A stretch of DNA of 64,000 nt from an uncultured Methanoregulaceae archaeon (GTDB taxonomy: Archaea > Halobacteriota > Methanomicrobia > Methanomicrobiales > Methanospirillaceae). Below the pieces are notes generated by a model that did not search any database, was not told the DNA's origin, and saw nothing but the letters and a program-made list of their open reading frames with translations. Positions 1 to 11,150 of this stretch are shown here, one piece after another. The number at the start of each line of letters is the position of its first letter. Position 1 is the stretch's first letter. The DNA lies in assembly GCA_963737635.1 (NCBI GenBank), contig CAVTTL010000001.1:192001-256000 (forward strand), written 5' to 3'. The translations under genes were made by a program, and so were the position numbers.

Positions 1-218
1 GATAGCGGAATGTTCGATACTGAGCATCAGCACCCTTTTTACCGGGATCAGGTAGATGTGATGATCCACATCAAGCATGGCAATACGTTCTTCTGGCACA
101 GGTATCCTCTGTGAAGGATGGTACTTCGATCAGGGATAACGTATTTGTGCCCGCACCCGATCCGGACATCGTACCCATACAAAACTATAAGGTCTATTGT
201 CTCTTCACCATCTCCCGT

Positions 219-821
219 ATGCCAACGATCATCGGGCTTCTGGGGAGCCCGCTTTTAGAAGGCAATACCGCCCTGCTGCTCGATAAGGCCCTGGAGGGAG
301 CAAAGGCCGCCGGATGCGACGTTGAGCCTATCAGCGTCATCAGCCTGGACATCCAGAGCTGTCAGGAGATTTATCATTGTAAAGATCATGATACCTGCAT
401 CTTCAGCGACGATATGACCCAGATCTACCCGAAGGTTAAGACCGTGGACAGCCTGATCCTTGCCACACCGGTCATGACAATGGGGATCCCGGGGCCTCTC
501 AAATCGTTCATCGACCGGTTCCAGGTCTTTTACATGGCCAAATACTTCCGGAACCAGCCCCTGGTCTCTCCGGATCTCAAAGAAAGAAGAAAGAGTCTCC
601 TCATCGGCATCTCCGGAACGGCAGTTCCCGGTGTATTCGACGGCACACAACAAACGGTAAGAGCATTCTGTGACATCATTGACTGCCCGTACCATGACGA
701 CCTCCTTATCAGCGGCATGGACCGGATCAGGGACATAACGACGCGGCCGGATCTCCTCGATACCGCCTATAAGAAAGGATTTGCCCTCGGTGCCCTGCTT
801 ACCACGACCGGGAGCACCTGA
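219..821 (+). CDS. Flavodoxin-family / iron-sulfur flavoprotein (NADPH-dependent FMN reductase fold)
   Basis: N-terminal LGSP..GNT motif, CxxxxxC..C (CQEIYHCKDHDTC), ATPV..GxLKSFIDR; likely start at ATG 219 (MPTII) inside ORF 111..821. Confidence 0.85.
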   Translation: MPTIIGLLGSPLLEGNTALLLDKALEGAKAAGCDVEPISVISLDIQSCQEIYHCKDHDTCIFSDDMTQIYPKVKTVDSLILATPVMTMGIPGPLKSFIDRFQVFYMAKYFRNQPLVSPDLKERRKSLLIGISGTAVPGVFDGTQQTVRAFCDIIDCPYHDDLLISGMDRIRDITTRPDLLDTAYKKGFALGALLTTTGST

Positions 822-888
822 AAAACGCGGAGCCAGCGCCGTGATCGTATCATCCGGCAACCATTGTCCCGGATCCGATTTCTTTGAT

Positions 889-1302
889 TCAACAGTACGA
901 CGACCCGGTACCGATGACGGTCCCGGCGATATTATCGGTGGTATCGATAAGCGTGTGGGCAAGAAGGTACGCGTTATGGTACCCCATGATAACAGAGACA
1001 TCGTTGAGGGCGTCGAAAGCAGTGTATGCAACAATACACCCCAGGACCAGCATTGACAGGAGACCCAGTCTCTCGTTCTGTCTGAAGAGATAGGGTATGG
1101 CAACCATCACCGGTATTAGTGCCAGTATTCCGAGGAGCATGCTCGGGACCATGCCGATCCGGGTAAAAAAGGCGGCGGCAATCGAGTCGCATTCCATAAA
1201 ATGCACGTAGACCGACGAGAGATAAAGGGTGCAGAGAGACGCGACGGTCGCGGAGAACACCGCAGCCGCAATAAATGTCCAGTACCGTATATCGAACTTC
1301 AC
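889..1302 (-). CDS. Hypothetical membrane protein
   Basis: 137 aa ORF with three hydrophobic segments. Confidence 0.6.
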   Translation of the reverse strand: MKFDIRYWTFIAAAVFSATVASLCTLYLSSVYVHFMECDSIAAAFFTRIGMVPSMLLGILALIPVMVAIPYLFRQNERLGLLSMLVLGCIVAYTAFDALNDVSVIMGYHNAYLLAHTLIDTTDNIAGTVIGTGSSYC

Positions 1303-1396
1303 ATGACTCAGTCTGTGGTTGATCTATATCTAGTTCCAGACGGTGATAAAAAAAGACTGGGTTCTGTAAGGTAATTGAAAAGGGATTTTTCCCCAC

Positions 1397-3078
1397 TTAT
1401 GGAACGTCCTTCCGGAACAGGAAGATCGCACCGCACAGTCCAAGCGCTCCGATAACCAGTACCGCATCAAGTCCGGACCGGGGCGTATTCGTTGGTAGAG
1501 GCGGCTCGGTAGTTGATGCCGTAACCGGATCGTTCACGGTCTGTGTTACCGTGGGCATGAGTGTTGGCGTGGATAGCGCCTGCGCGGGAGGTGGTGTGGG
1601 ACCGGTATACCCGTTGCTCTCACCGGTTCCGGAGTCTGCCCAATAATCGGTGCTGCTGTGAGCGTTACTGCTGGGGGGATCAGCCGGTGTTGGCGTCGGG
1701 GCTGCCGATATCGGTCCAACCGGCGTGCTGTTGACTGAACCGGAGTAACCTCCCGTACCGGTGGCATTAGCCTCGATATACATGCCCAAGTCACTGGAAA
1801 CCGGTGAATAAGTATAGGATGTTGCCCCGGCGATAGGCGAATACGGGCCGTTTATGGAGGCAGATTCATTCCACTGGATCGTTGCGGGTGCACCGGCAGG
1901 CACCACCGTACCATTCGTCAGCGTCTGGCCGACCTGAGGCGTACCGGCGATCGCACCTATTGCAGTGAGGGGCGTTAGCGCGGTCACCGGTGCAGTCACC
2001 GGTGCACTCATCCGGTCCGGGCTCAGCCTGGCAGTTACGGAAAGGGTGTCAGTCGTTACCAATGCGGGAACGGTCACCGTCCAGGATCCTCCCGCAGCCG
2101 TCACTGCGGCCTGTGCTGTTCCATCGTACGTGAGCACGACACTCGCACCCGCAACAGCCGTGCCACTCACGCTGGTTGCACCTGCGTACACCGGGGTGGT
2201 GATAACCGGAGACGCCGTCCGGGTGGGCGGTACGATAAACTCGCCCCAGGCACTAGGTTCTGATCCAACGGGTATCGTTGTGGTAACCGTATTCGTGGCG
2301 GTGTTAATCACTGAGGTTGTGTTTGCTCCTAAATTCGCCACGTATACCGTTGAACCGCTCGGGGTCACCGGGGTCACGGCAACACCTTCAGGACCGGTTC
2401 CCACAGGCACCGTTGTGGTAACTGTATTCGTGCTGGTATTAATCACCGAGACCGCATTGGCTCCATACTCCGCCACGTATGCCGTTGCACCGTCCGGGCT
2501 CACGGCAACATTATAGAGAGTGGATCCGATAGTCACCGTTGTGGTAACTGTATTCGTGCTGGTATTAATCACCGAGACCGTGCCGTCTCCATAGTTCGTC
2601 GCGTATACCATCGAACCGTCGGGAGTCACGGCAATCCCCGCAGGCATCGATCCTACCGGTATCGTTGCGGTAACTGTATTCGTGCTGGTGTTAATTACCG
2701 AGACCGCATTGGCTCCATACTCCGCCACGTAGAGCTTGTACCGTCCGGGCTCACTACGACGTTATCAGGACCGGCGGAGGATCCAATAGTCACCGTCGCG
2801 GTAACCGTATTCGAGCTGGTGTTAATTACCGAAACCGTGCCGGCTCCATTGTTCGCCACGTAGACCGTTGCACCGTCCGGGCTCACGGCAGCACTCTCAG
2901 AACTGGTTCCTACATTTACCGTTGCGGTAACCGTGTCCGAGCTGGTGTTAATTACCGAAACCGTGCCGTCTCCTAAATTCGTAATATAGGCATACATCGG
3001 TGCGGGTACTGCGCTGCACAAGGGCATCACAAAGAAAAGCAGGAGTATCCCAAGAGCTGTTCGTGGAAAGAGTTCATC
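1397..3078 (-). CDS. YVTN beta-propeller repeat cell-surface protein with C-terminal PGF-CTERM-like anchor (frameshifted in this sequence)
   Basis: Repeated YV(A/T)N..GTVSVINTSTNTVTATIPVG..P.G.AVxPDG units in ORFs 1397..2728 and 2695..3030; signal-peptide-like start near 3078; Thr/Pro linker then SGLDAVLVIGALGLCGAIFLFRK TM plus basic tail. Confidence 0.85.
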
Positions 3079-3316
3079 TTTCGTTCACCCATTAGTACCG
3101 CCTCATTGACAGGCGGACAAAACCCGGGAATACACGTAGTATTCAGCGATAACCATGAGAGGTCAGGTTCCAAAATTCTGTGTACCCGGTTCATTAAATG
3201 AAGGGTAGAAGCGGGTATAAACGTTTTCAAAAAAGTGGGGTGACGGAGGATTGCCCTTACCCGGCAGTCTTTCCCTCGTGCCCCGTGTTTTCTGAAAAAC
3301 AGCGGGAACACCCGGA

Positions 3317-4216
3317 TTAATACCCTTTGAGCTCAGCGTCAATTCTCTCGAGCTGGGCAATCCGCTTCTCTAAGGGCGGGTGCGTAGCGAAGAGCTCCAT
3401 AATTTTATTACCGGAAAGTGCCGGGATGATGAAAAATGCGTTTGCTCCCTGGATACTCGCCTTTGCCTGGGGAGGGACCACATCCATCCTGCCGGTGATC
3501 TTGTTCAGCGCGGAGATGAGCGCCTGAGGGTTCCTCGTGATCAGCGCACTGCCGCGGTCTGCCGCAAATTCCCGGTACCGGGAGAGCGCGAGCATCAAGA
3601 GTGTTGCGACGACCCAGACCACGACTGACGCCAGCCCGACGATGATCAGGCCGCCACCGTTGCCCCGGCCGCGTCCGCCTCCCCCGAACAGTGCAGAGAA
3701 GAACAGGCTCTGCATGACCATCGACGCGATCATGGCAACGAAACTGGCAAGCGTCATGGTCAGGATGTCCCGGTTCTTAACATGGGACAGTTCGTGCGCG
3801 AGCACGGCCTCGAGTTCGTCGTGGTTCAGCAGTTTCAGGATCGAGTCGGTACAGCAGACAACCGCGTGTTTGGGGCTCCGTCCGGTGGCAAAGGCATTGG
3901 GTACCGGGCTTGGCATGATCGCGATCTTCGGCATGGGGAGATCCGCTTCCGTACACAGTTTCTTCACGATCTGGTGGAGCTCAGGATATTCATCTTCGGT
4001 GATGATACGGGCCCTTGTACTCCAGAGCACTAACTGGGCCGAGAAGAAATACTGGACAACGGCAAATCCAACGGCCAGAAGGATGATCAGCCCGAAACCG
4101 GCACCGAACTCAAAGAGAATAGTCATGAACACCAGGTAGACGATGAAGAGCAGGAACATCGTCAGCCAGACCCTGGCCGTCAGGCCCCAGTCACGTGTCC
4201 ATTGCATACGTGACAC
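3317..4216 (-). CDS. htpX: Zinc metalloprotease HtpX (M48)
   Basis: PNAFATGR, AHELSH (HExxH), SRYREFAAD, FATHPPLEKRI motifs; TM segments. Confidence 0.95.
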   Translation of the reverse strand: MSRMQWTRDWGLTARVWLTMFLLFIVYLVFMTILFEFGAGFGLIILLAVGFAVVQYFFSAQLVLWSTRARIITEDEYPELHQIVKKLCTEADLPMPKIAIMPSPVPNAFATGRSPKHAVVCCTDSILKLLNHDELEAVLAHELSHVKNRDILTMTLASFVAMIASMVMQSLFFSALFGGGGRGRGNGGGLIIVGLASVVVWVVATLLMLALSRYREFAADRGSALITRNPQALISALNKITGRMDVVPPQAKASIQGANAFFIIPALSGNKIMELFATHPPLEKRIAQLERIDAELKGY

Positions 4217-4641
4217 CTCTTAAGAAGATGATTTCTTTGTCCATACTGATCCATACACGCCGGAGGCTATATTAGTTGGCGTGAGGCCGGTTCCTGGTGG
4301 CGACGTAGTTCATAGTTTACGAGATAACATATTGACTGGAAAACCGTCATATTACCACCATCCTGAGAGGTACATGCTGAGCACCACTCTGCCGGATACC
4401 GCGTACCCTGAATTTCCGAGTACCAGGAGGGGGGATCAGTTTTGCACATCTCCGAAGTAAAATGACCATAGTGAGGGCCCGGGTACCCCGAATTTCTGGC
4501 CACCACACAAAAGAGTTTTGTCCGTCGTGGAAAACCCTTTCGTGGCAGGATTGTGCCCTGAGCATATAACTTAATAACCCTGCCTTTTTATGAATAACCC
4601 TGAAGGTATCTATAAAAAACAGAAAGAACGTACCTGTCTGG

Positions 4642-5667
4642 ATGAAGGTTGTCATTGATATTACCGAGGATACGCTGCACCGGATCAAGGAAGTTAATCA
4701 CGACTCTTCCCTTGCGGGTTTTATTTGTGTTGCCATTGAAAACCAGCTTTCCCTTGAGAAGGATCAACACTTACACACACGCCGATCTGGCAGGAAAATC
4801 CGACACACGGGAGACCGGCCTCTCCCGTCCCCGGAAACCATCGCGATCGTAAAAAATCCCTTACATTATGAACTACTCAAAGGCATCCCGTCGCATATCC
4901 CCCTCCAGAATTATTACCTCTGGGGCCAGTATAACAAATTCTTCCCCGTTAAATTTGCCGTGAGATACCTGGCATATATGCAGATAGAGAATAATGCAGA
5001 CCCGGTACCATTACCCGAATTCCAGATCCGGTGCTCACGATCCGCGTCCGGGATGAAACGTATATTGAAAGAGAGCGATACGAAGGCAGGAAGAATATGG
5101 GGAGAAGGATTTGCCGTGGGACTCCCTGATAACCAAGACAAATCCTGGACACGGTTCATCAATCATTTCATCGGGTATACCGATTCGTGGGATAAACCGG
5201 TGGGAGCCCTCCCGGATCTCGGATTTATCGTGATAGAGAAGGAATCCGTAGCGTTATCCCCCCACGGCCTTGTGTTTGCCAGAATATCCAATCCGGTCCT
5301 TGACACCGATGTATTGTCTTCGCATCTGTTCAGCCAGGAAGAAAAAGATTTCTTGATTCTGTACCTGAAAAGAAAGCATTCTGTCGAATGGGACGGTTAC
5401 CAGAAAGTCATGCGCTGGATCGGGATGGGATTCGATACTCCGGCTGCATTAAATGAACACTTTTCCACGCTTGACCGGAAATGGACGAAAAAAATGGCAA
5501 ATACCTACCGGACCGGGATGATCGGCAGAATGGTCGACCTGGGGCTCATCGCCCGGACAAAAACCGGGGTAAGAGTGAAGTATATCGTGACTGATTTTGG
5601 GATAAAGATGGAAGAACCTCTCATGGAAGACACATATAATAATAAATTTGTAATCCCTCGCGGATGA
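4642..5667 (+). CDS. Hypothetical protein, probable N-terminal ribbon-helix-helix and C-terminal winged helix
   Basis: 341 aa; N-term MKVVIDITEDTLHRIKE..SLAGFICVAIENQL (RHH-like); C-term RMVDLGLIARTKTGVRVKYIVTDFG (wHTH wing-like). Confidence 0.6.
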   Translation: MKVVIDITEDTLHRIKEVNHDSSLAGFICVAIENQLSLEKDQHLHTRRSGRKIRHTGDRPLPSPETIAIVKNPLHYELLKGIPSHIPLQNYYLWGQYNKFFPVKFAVRYLAYMQIENNADPVPLPEFQIRCSRSASGMKRILKESDTKAGRIWGEGFAVGLPDNQDKSWTRFINHFIGYTDSWDKPVGALPDLGFIVIEKESVALSPHGLVFARISNPVLDTDVLSSHLFSQEEKDFLILYLKRKHSVEWDGYQKVMRWIGMGFDTPAALNEHFSTLDRKWTKKMANTYRTGMIGRMVDLGLIARTKTGVRVKYIVTDFGIKMEEPLMEDTYNNKFVIPRG

Positions 5668-5863
5668 TACCCGGGAAAAACGTTTTGGTTAACGTGGTAG
5701 GGGCAATCACGTTTCCAGCGCCTCATAAAATTCTCAATCCCTCGATCACGTTAACAGAACCGAAAGAGGGTAAACCGGCGTATTCAGACGAGGTTTTATT
5801 TTTAAAATATGAGTACTTTATATATAATGTCTCCATACAACCTGCTATACCCTACCGTGTCTC

Positions 5864-7772
5864 GTGGTGAACTATGCCATGTGGGACATTTCCGCTCTTG
5901 TTACAAATCCGCTTTTTCTTCTGGTAGTCGCGGGTATTGGTGCCCTTTTTGGTTATGCGTTTAAAGTCTTCCGCGATGTCTGGAGGGCGAAAATCAAGCA
6001 TCGGGAGGAGTTGGCCACTCATGTCGTTAAACAGATCGAAAAATACGCGCCGGCGTTCTATCTCATGGTCAATTACTCTCATAACCTCGCTCATATTTTA
6101 AACGAATATCTTGAAGTGAAATGCTGGATCCAGATGCAGCAGGACCCATCAGGATTACCGGTTGGCGACCCCCGGGGCGCCGCGTTCCGTTACGATGAAA
6201 ACTCAAAAGCGTATGCTAAATATGCCTTGTTTCCAGCGGTCAAACTCTATTCGGTTATGTCCAACCGCTTGTGGAATAAAGGCGGTGTATATATCCTGCC
6301 GGATCGGTGGGCGAACCAGGCGATCGACGACCTTCACAACGAACTGGTCAAAGTGTTAACGTTTGATGCAGAAGTTCTTCTTAAATATGTCAATGAGAAA
6401 ACACCCGATTATAAATTTTACAACAAACTCAAAGATTCAGAAACTGATGAAACCCTAAAGGATCTTCAGAAATCTTACCGGGAATTCGAAGAATGGATGC
6501 AAACGAAGGACAGCGAGGTAAAGAAAGCTGCCGCCTTTGCAAATGCGTACAGTGATCTTTTCAGCAACCAGATGGTTACCCGCCTTTATAAAGACTGGTA
6601 TGATCGGGGATTTGTCTTTAAACCGGCAGAGAACCCCCTGAAAGCCCCGGAAGTAACATCATCTTCTTCAGATTTGTGTGAAGAGACCAGGGTAATGATC
6701 CGGCTGGCTGCACAACATCATTCCAGCCAACAAAGATTAAGAAGTAAGTTACTCCTCAGGAATATTGAAAACGACAAGCGAATCCGGAATTATAATTCCC
6801 ACTTCGAAATCGGGTGGAAATATTACGCCTATAAAAGCTATGATATGGCGATTGAGGAGTATACAAACGCTCTCCGTGAAGATCCCGGCAATGCGATTGT
6901 GTATAATAATCTGGGAAACGTATACGCAGACTTCAGGTCAAATGGACCGTGCCCTGGAAAACCTGGAGAAATCCCTGCAGTTATTTGAAGAGGCTTCACA
7001 GTGGGAAGCCAGAAATCCTCTTATTAAAAAAATGATTACCTTCTCTAACGGAACAACAAGACTGTTTAAAAAGATCTTAAAACCGGGCATGGAAAATCCC
7101 CTTACTCATGTTTATACGCCTTTGTTTTATAGCGAGGCACTGCTGAACGCCGGCAAAACCTATTATAATGCCGGATTTAATGCCGAAAAACCTGATACAA
7201 CAAAGGAATATTATGATAAGGCTATTGGCTGTTTCAGGAAAGGCCTTTCTCTTGAAGATTCAGCGAATGAATTCCTCTTCTATAACCTTCTGGCCCTGAT
7301 TAGTAATTTAAAAGGAGAATTTGCCGACGCTGCTGAAAATTATCATAAATCCATTGTTCTCTCACCAACTGACGCGACATTGTATGGGAATCTTGCGTCA
7401 AATTACAAAGAATGGAAAAAAAATGGCGCGGCACTGTGGGCTTACCAGGAAGCTATCGAGATTTCCAAGGATAACAAACAACAGGCCGGTTTTTACAACA
7501 AGAAAGGGATTATGTTACAGGACGATAACAAGTGGCCTGAAGCAACTGATGCCTTCTTAAAAGCGATGACGTGTGACAGTGCCGAAAAAAGCTATGCGAA
7601 AAACCTGATCGATGCCTGGAATACCTGGAGGGACCCCGGTAAGAAGTTTGATCAGGCGGGTCAGGATAAAACGCGTGAATCCGTCGAGAATATGATTGTA
7701 GGCACTGCCTTGAATTTGACTGACCCGGATCTTTGTGATACCGTAAAAACTGCCTTCAACCTTAGTCCATGA
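5864..7772 (+). CDS. Membrane-anchored TPR-repeat protein (frameshift near 6930)
   Basis: N-terminal TM helix; TPR motifs AIEEYTNALREDPGNAIVYNNLGNVY continuing in ORF 6765..7772 (AIGCFRKGLSL, AAENYHKSIVLSPTDATLYGNLA). Confidence 0.75.
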
Positions 7773-7935
7773 GAGGCAGACCCTGGTGATAAACAGGGAC
7801 TCGGGGGAGAGGCGGTTCTGTTCCTGTCCCGGTCCCTGTTTGTCGTATTGTTGTACCCGATCTGCGTGGTGTGTGCTGATGATTTTCTCTCACCCAGGAC
7901 ATCACGCTGGGATCATCGGGAGATGCTTAGCGTTC

Positions 7936-8277
7936 TTAGAAAACCGTATCCCCGGTCTCCCGGGTCTGGATCCTCATTGCCGTCTCTACCGGCGACACGA
8001 AAATCTTACCATCGCCGATATGTCCGGTACAGGCGCGATCGCTGATACCCTCAACGATAGTCCTGACGTCCTCGTCTTTCACGATAAGTTCGATCTTTAC
8101 TTTTGGCATGAAATCGTACAGGCTTGGACCCTCAGTGTCCTGGTACGGGTCGATCTCATTTTCGGTCCCCCGGTACCAGATATCATAATGGATCATGGAC
8201 CGGTGGCCCAGGGCAAGCAGGGCATCGTTTACTTCATTGATGCGTTCGGGCCTCACATATGCTTCAATCTTCTTCAT
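7936..8277 (-). CDS. P-II family signal transduction protein (divergent T-loop)
   Basis: MKKIEAYVRP, PKVKIELIV, TGHIGDGKIFVSPVE.AMRI.T.E.G signatures. Confidence 0.9.
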   Translation of the reverse strand: MKKIEAYVRPERINEVNDALLALGHRSMIHYDIWYRGTENEIDPYQDTEGPSLYDFMPKVKIELIVKDEDVRTIVEGISDRACTGHIGDGKIFVSPVETAMRIQTRETGDTVF

Positions 8278-8415
8278 GCATAAGTTATAGAGTTTTCATC
8301 AAAAATATAGTTTTTCTTTGTGATGATATATAGTAATGATTAAATCTATATATCTGCGGGATGAGATGGATGTACGGGTACCAGCCCGAAGCGCGGCTCC
8401 CCCGGGGAAAGGTCT

Positions 8416-8805
8416 ATGGTCTACCGTCTCCACCAGGAACAACTCAAAAACGTGGCGCAGGCACTCAAAGAGCCCTACCTGGTACGGCAGACGGCTTCCG
8501 GCGTGCAGGAAACTCCGGTCGCCGGAAAGACGCCGGTACACCGGGAACCTGCCACTCCGGTGGAGGAGGCCCATCCTGAGGACCGGGAAAGCGCCGGGCC
8601 GCACTCCCTGCGACCGGCACCGGCAGTTCCCTCTTCGTGGCTTCCCGCAATGCAGTGTGTTGAATGCAACGATCGTATTCCGGTGATGGATTTTCTCTAT
8701 GCCCAAAAGACCGGCTTATGTATCCGGTGTTGGGAGGAACAGGAGAGCCGGTATGACAACGAAAATACCCAGTTCCTGTCCCGGGCAGAATATCCTCTTC
8801 TGTGA
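8416..8805 (+). CDS. Hypothetical protein with C-terminal CxxC...CxxC zinc ribbon
   Basis: CVEC ... CIRC pair. Confidence 0.5.
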   Translation: MVYRLHQEQLKNVAQALKEPYLVRQTASGVQETPVAGKTPVHREPATPVEEAHPEDRESAGPHSLRPAPAVPSSWLPAMQCVECNDRIPVMDFLYAQKTGLCIRCWEEQESRYDNENTQFLSRAEYPLL

Positions 8806-8915
8806 GGTTTTCTTACTCCTCGTACCCTTTGTCCGATGGGAGTCACCAATTCCGCAGACAGTGTCTGCGCAATTGCCTTTTGTTATCCTGATTTGTCCTG
8901 CTCTCATCCTCCTCA

Positions 8916-8978
8916 CTCATTGTCGTTGTCGTACGAGTTGTCGCACCGTCGTAATAATGAGCGATCTGTCATTTTTTT
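8916..8978. repeat. Imperfect hairpin element with iterated TTGTCG, copy 1
   Basis: ctcatt...aatgag terminal inverted repeat; diverged second copy at 11417-11479. Confidence 0.75.
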
Positions 8979-9134
8979 CGCTATGGACGAGTACTACGCC
9001 CGCATGAGGTAATTGATGATCCAGCCGTCGCGGATGCTTCCCGGGCAAAACGGACGCCGATGACGGCAATGCTCCCGTGGAGGTAATACATCCTCTTAAA
9101 TACCGGAATCAAATATCTCTCTCAGATTCGAGGT

Positions 9135-9335
9135 TTGGGCATGGACTTCACAATTGCGATCGAACAGGATGAAGATGGCTGGTACGTTGTCACGGTACCG
9201 GCACTCCCAGGCTGCATCTCTCAGGGAAAGACTGAAGCAGAGGCGAAGAAAAACATTGCCGAAGCCATCGAGCTGCATCTCGGTGCACTTGCCCGGGATG
9301 GCATCCCCCTCTACCAGCGGCCGGGTACATCGTAA
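9135..9335 (+). CDS. hicB: HicB-family antitoxin (short)
   Basis: EQDEDGWYVVTVPALPGCISQGKTEAEAKKNIAEAIELHL. Confidence 0.9.
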   Translation: MGMDFTIAIEQDEDGWYVVTVPALPGCISQGKTEAEAKKNIAEAIELHLGALARDGIPLYQRPGTS

Positions 9336-9391
9336 TTCTGTAATAAGTTTCGGTACAGCCGGAGTTGATACGGGATACGTTCATTACGAGA

Positions 9392-10141
9392 CTACAACAA
9401 CGAAACAAAATCTTCGCATACCCGGCGGATTTCCTGTGGTGTCATCCTGTCATATCGTTTACCAGCGGCGTCAAGATCCGGTATTTCCGAAATTTTTTCT
9501 TTGAGAAATTCAGCTCGTGATATCTGGCTGCCGATAATCTCCAGGTCAATTTCACGTCCGCCCCGGTCTGGGTCAATTAAAGCGAGAATATCTGCTGCAT
9601 CTTTAATCCACTTTGCACCTTCCCAACTGGCATTGCCAGATGTCTGGTGGAGAATTCTATACGATCTATCCCATGCCGCTTTTAATTTTAGGAGAACTAA
9701 CATCGACCGATTCGGGACCTGTATTCTCGCTCCCCCGCGAACATTCCGGAAAACCGTGTTTCCTGTAAGAAGATCTAAGGAGAACGGGACTTCCGGGTGC
9801 CCTTCGAATTTATAGGAAATTCCCCGGGGAATAAAATCGAGAATGATTTCTCCGTGAGAAGTCATCTTTTCGACAGTGTCTGAAGGATAATTGATCCGGG
9901 GCGTATACCCTTCGTTGATCGTTAAATGCTCGATTAATAATCTTTGGGAAGTGTTGTCGGTAACAAGGTCTATATCAACCGACCCAAAATACGGGTTGTA
10001 GACATCCACAGCCCAGCCACCGATAAGTACGACATTGTCTGTTGAAGGTATCGAGCCGGGAATATTTATCCACGCTACAATGTTCCGGAGTTCTGCAAAA
10101 GAAGCCTCAATAATTTCCGGACCTGGATCATAAACCGGCAT
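9392..10141 (-). CDS. AbiEii-like nucleotidyltransferase (type IV TA toxin)
   Basis: VLIGGWAV...SVDIDLV Pol-beta NTase motif; KLKA and K..KDAADI C-terminal motifs; overlaps upstream gene. Confidence 0.8.
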   Translation of the reverse strand: MPVYDPGPEIIEASFAELRNIVAWINIPGSIPSTDNVVLIGGWAVDVYNPYFGSVDIDLVTDNTSQRLLIEHLTINEGYTPRINYPSDTVEKMTSHGEIILDFIPRGISYKFEGHPEVPFSLDLLTGNTVFRNVRGGARIQVPNRSMLVLLKLKAAWDRSYRILHQTSGNASWEGAKWIKDAADILALIDPDRGGREIDLEIIGSQISRAEFLKEKISEIPDLDAAGKRYDRMTPQEIRRVCEDFVSLL

Positions 10142-11147
10142 ACTTCTCCACCATTGCTGTTGTCAGGTCCATGGCACTATACCCAAGTCCGGCCAGATCG
10201 AGAAGTGTTTGCGCGGGAGACGCAATCGTAATGGATTCTTTTTCCTGAACATCCGCGAAAACATCCCGGTCCGGGGAATAAATGATGGCACGGATCGTAT
10301 TCTCTGTTTTCGATTCAAAATGTTCCTTAAATGCAGCTATTGATTCCTTTTTGAGATAGAGATAAACTGCATCATGCCGGAATGCGTATGAGGTATACAA
10401 TCCCCCCGACGTGTAGGTAGTAAATGCACACGGTATGTTCTGTTCTTTGAGAGCCCGGCTGATTTCCTGGGCTGCGGTATGCGCTCCGGAGAAATCGACA
10501 AATATTTTTTCATCGATTTCAAAATTCTTCATGGGGCGCTCCCATGCGACCGCATTCAGGAGCTTCTTCACATCGGCAATCGTTACGTACCCGCTGTCTT
10601 TTTTGACCACATTCTGGTCGAGGAGCATCCCGATTACCTTATGGGCCAAACCATACGAGACGTTTTCTTTGATGGCTGCCTGCCGGATTGAGGTACTTTT
10701 CTCTTTGAGAAGACGGGAGATCACCCTCCATGATTTTTCCGACGTAATTCTCATCCCGGATGGTGGGTGTTCCTTGTTTGGGGCAGTTTCAAGTGTCCAA
10801 GGCAATTTTATGAGCCGGATTCCTAACTCTCCTGCAAGCTGTTCTTCGCGCTGATGTATCCCTTTGGCAGCAATTACCAGATGGATATCGAAAGAGTCGG
10901 TCTCCCTCCGCCGCCACAATTCCCTGAGCAATGCCATTCTTGCGATGGTATCGATGGTAACCGCAGAACTTTTTACCTCAACGAAGTACAAGGTTCTGTC
11001 GTCTTTGAAAATACAGTCAGGTCGTATCGGTAGGTCCAATGAGAGGGTGGTATACATCGTACCTATATCGATCTCTTCAGCCGAAGAGGGCAGATTAAGT
11101 TGACCCCGAATGAAAGCCGCGACTTCCGGAAGTTGGGATGCATCCAT
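10128..11147 (-). CDS. AbiEi-like antitoxin/regulator with N-terminal PD-(D/E)xK fold and central HTH
   Basis: RPD....FVEVKS; SIRQAAIKENVSYGLAHKVIGML HTH; C-terminal IASPAQTLLDL typical of AbiEi-like C-domains. Confidence 0.75.
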   Translation of the reverse strand: MDASQLPEVAAFIRGQLNLPSSAEEIDIGTMYTTLSLDLPIRPDCIFKDDRTLYFVEVKSSAVTIDTIARMALLRELWRRRETDSFDIHLVIAAKGIHQREEQLAGELGIRLIKLPWTLETAPNKEHPPSGMRITSEKSWRVISRLLKEKSTSIRQAAIKENVSYGLAHKVIGMLLDQNVVKKDSGYVTIADVKKLLNAVAWERPMKNFEIDEKIFVDFSGAHTAAQEISRALKEQNIPCAFTTYTSGGLYTSYAFRHDAVYLYLKKESIAAFKEHFESKTENTIRAIIYSPDRDVFADVQEKESITIASPAQTLLDLAGLGYSAMDLTTAMVEKYAGL

Positions 11148-11150
11148 GAT

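Noticed and set aside
1-170. Partial minus-strand gene at the window edge
   Set aside because: Too short and apparently frameshifted to assign
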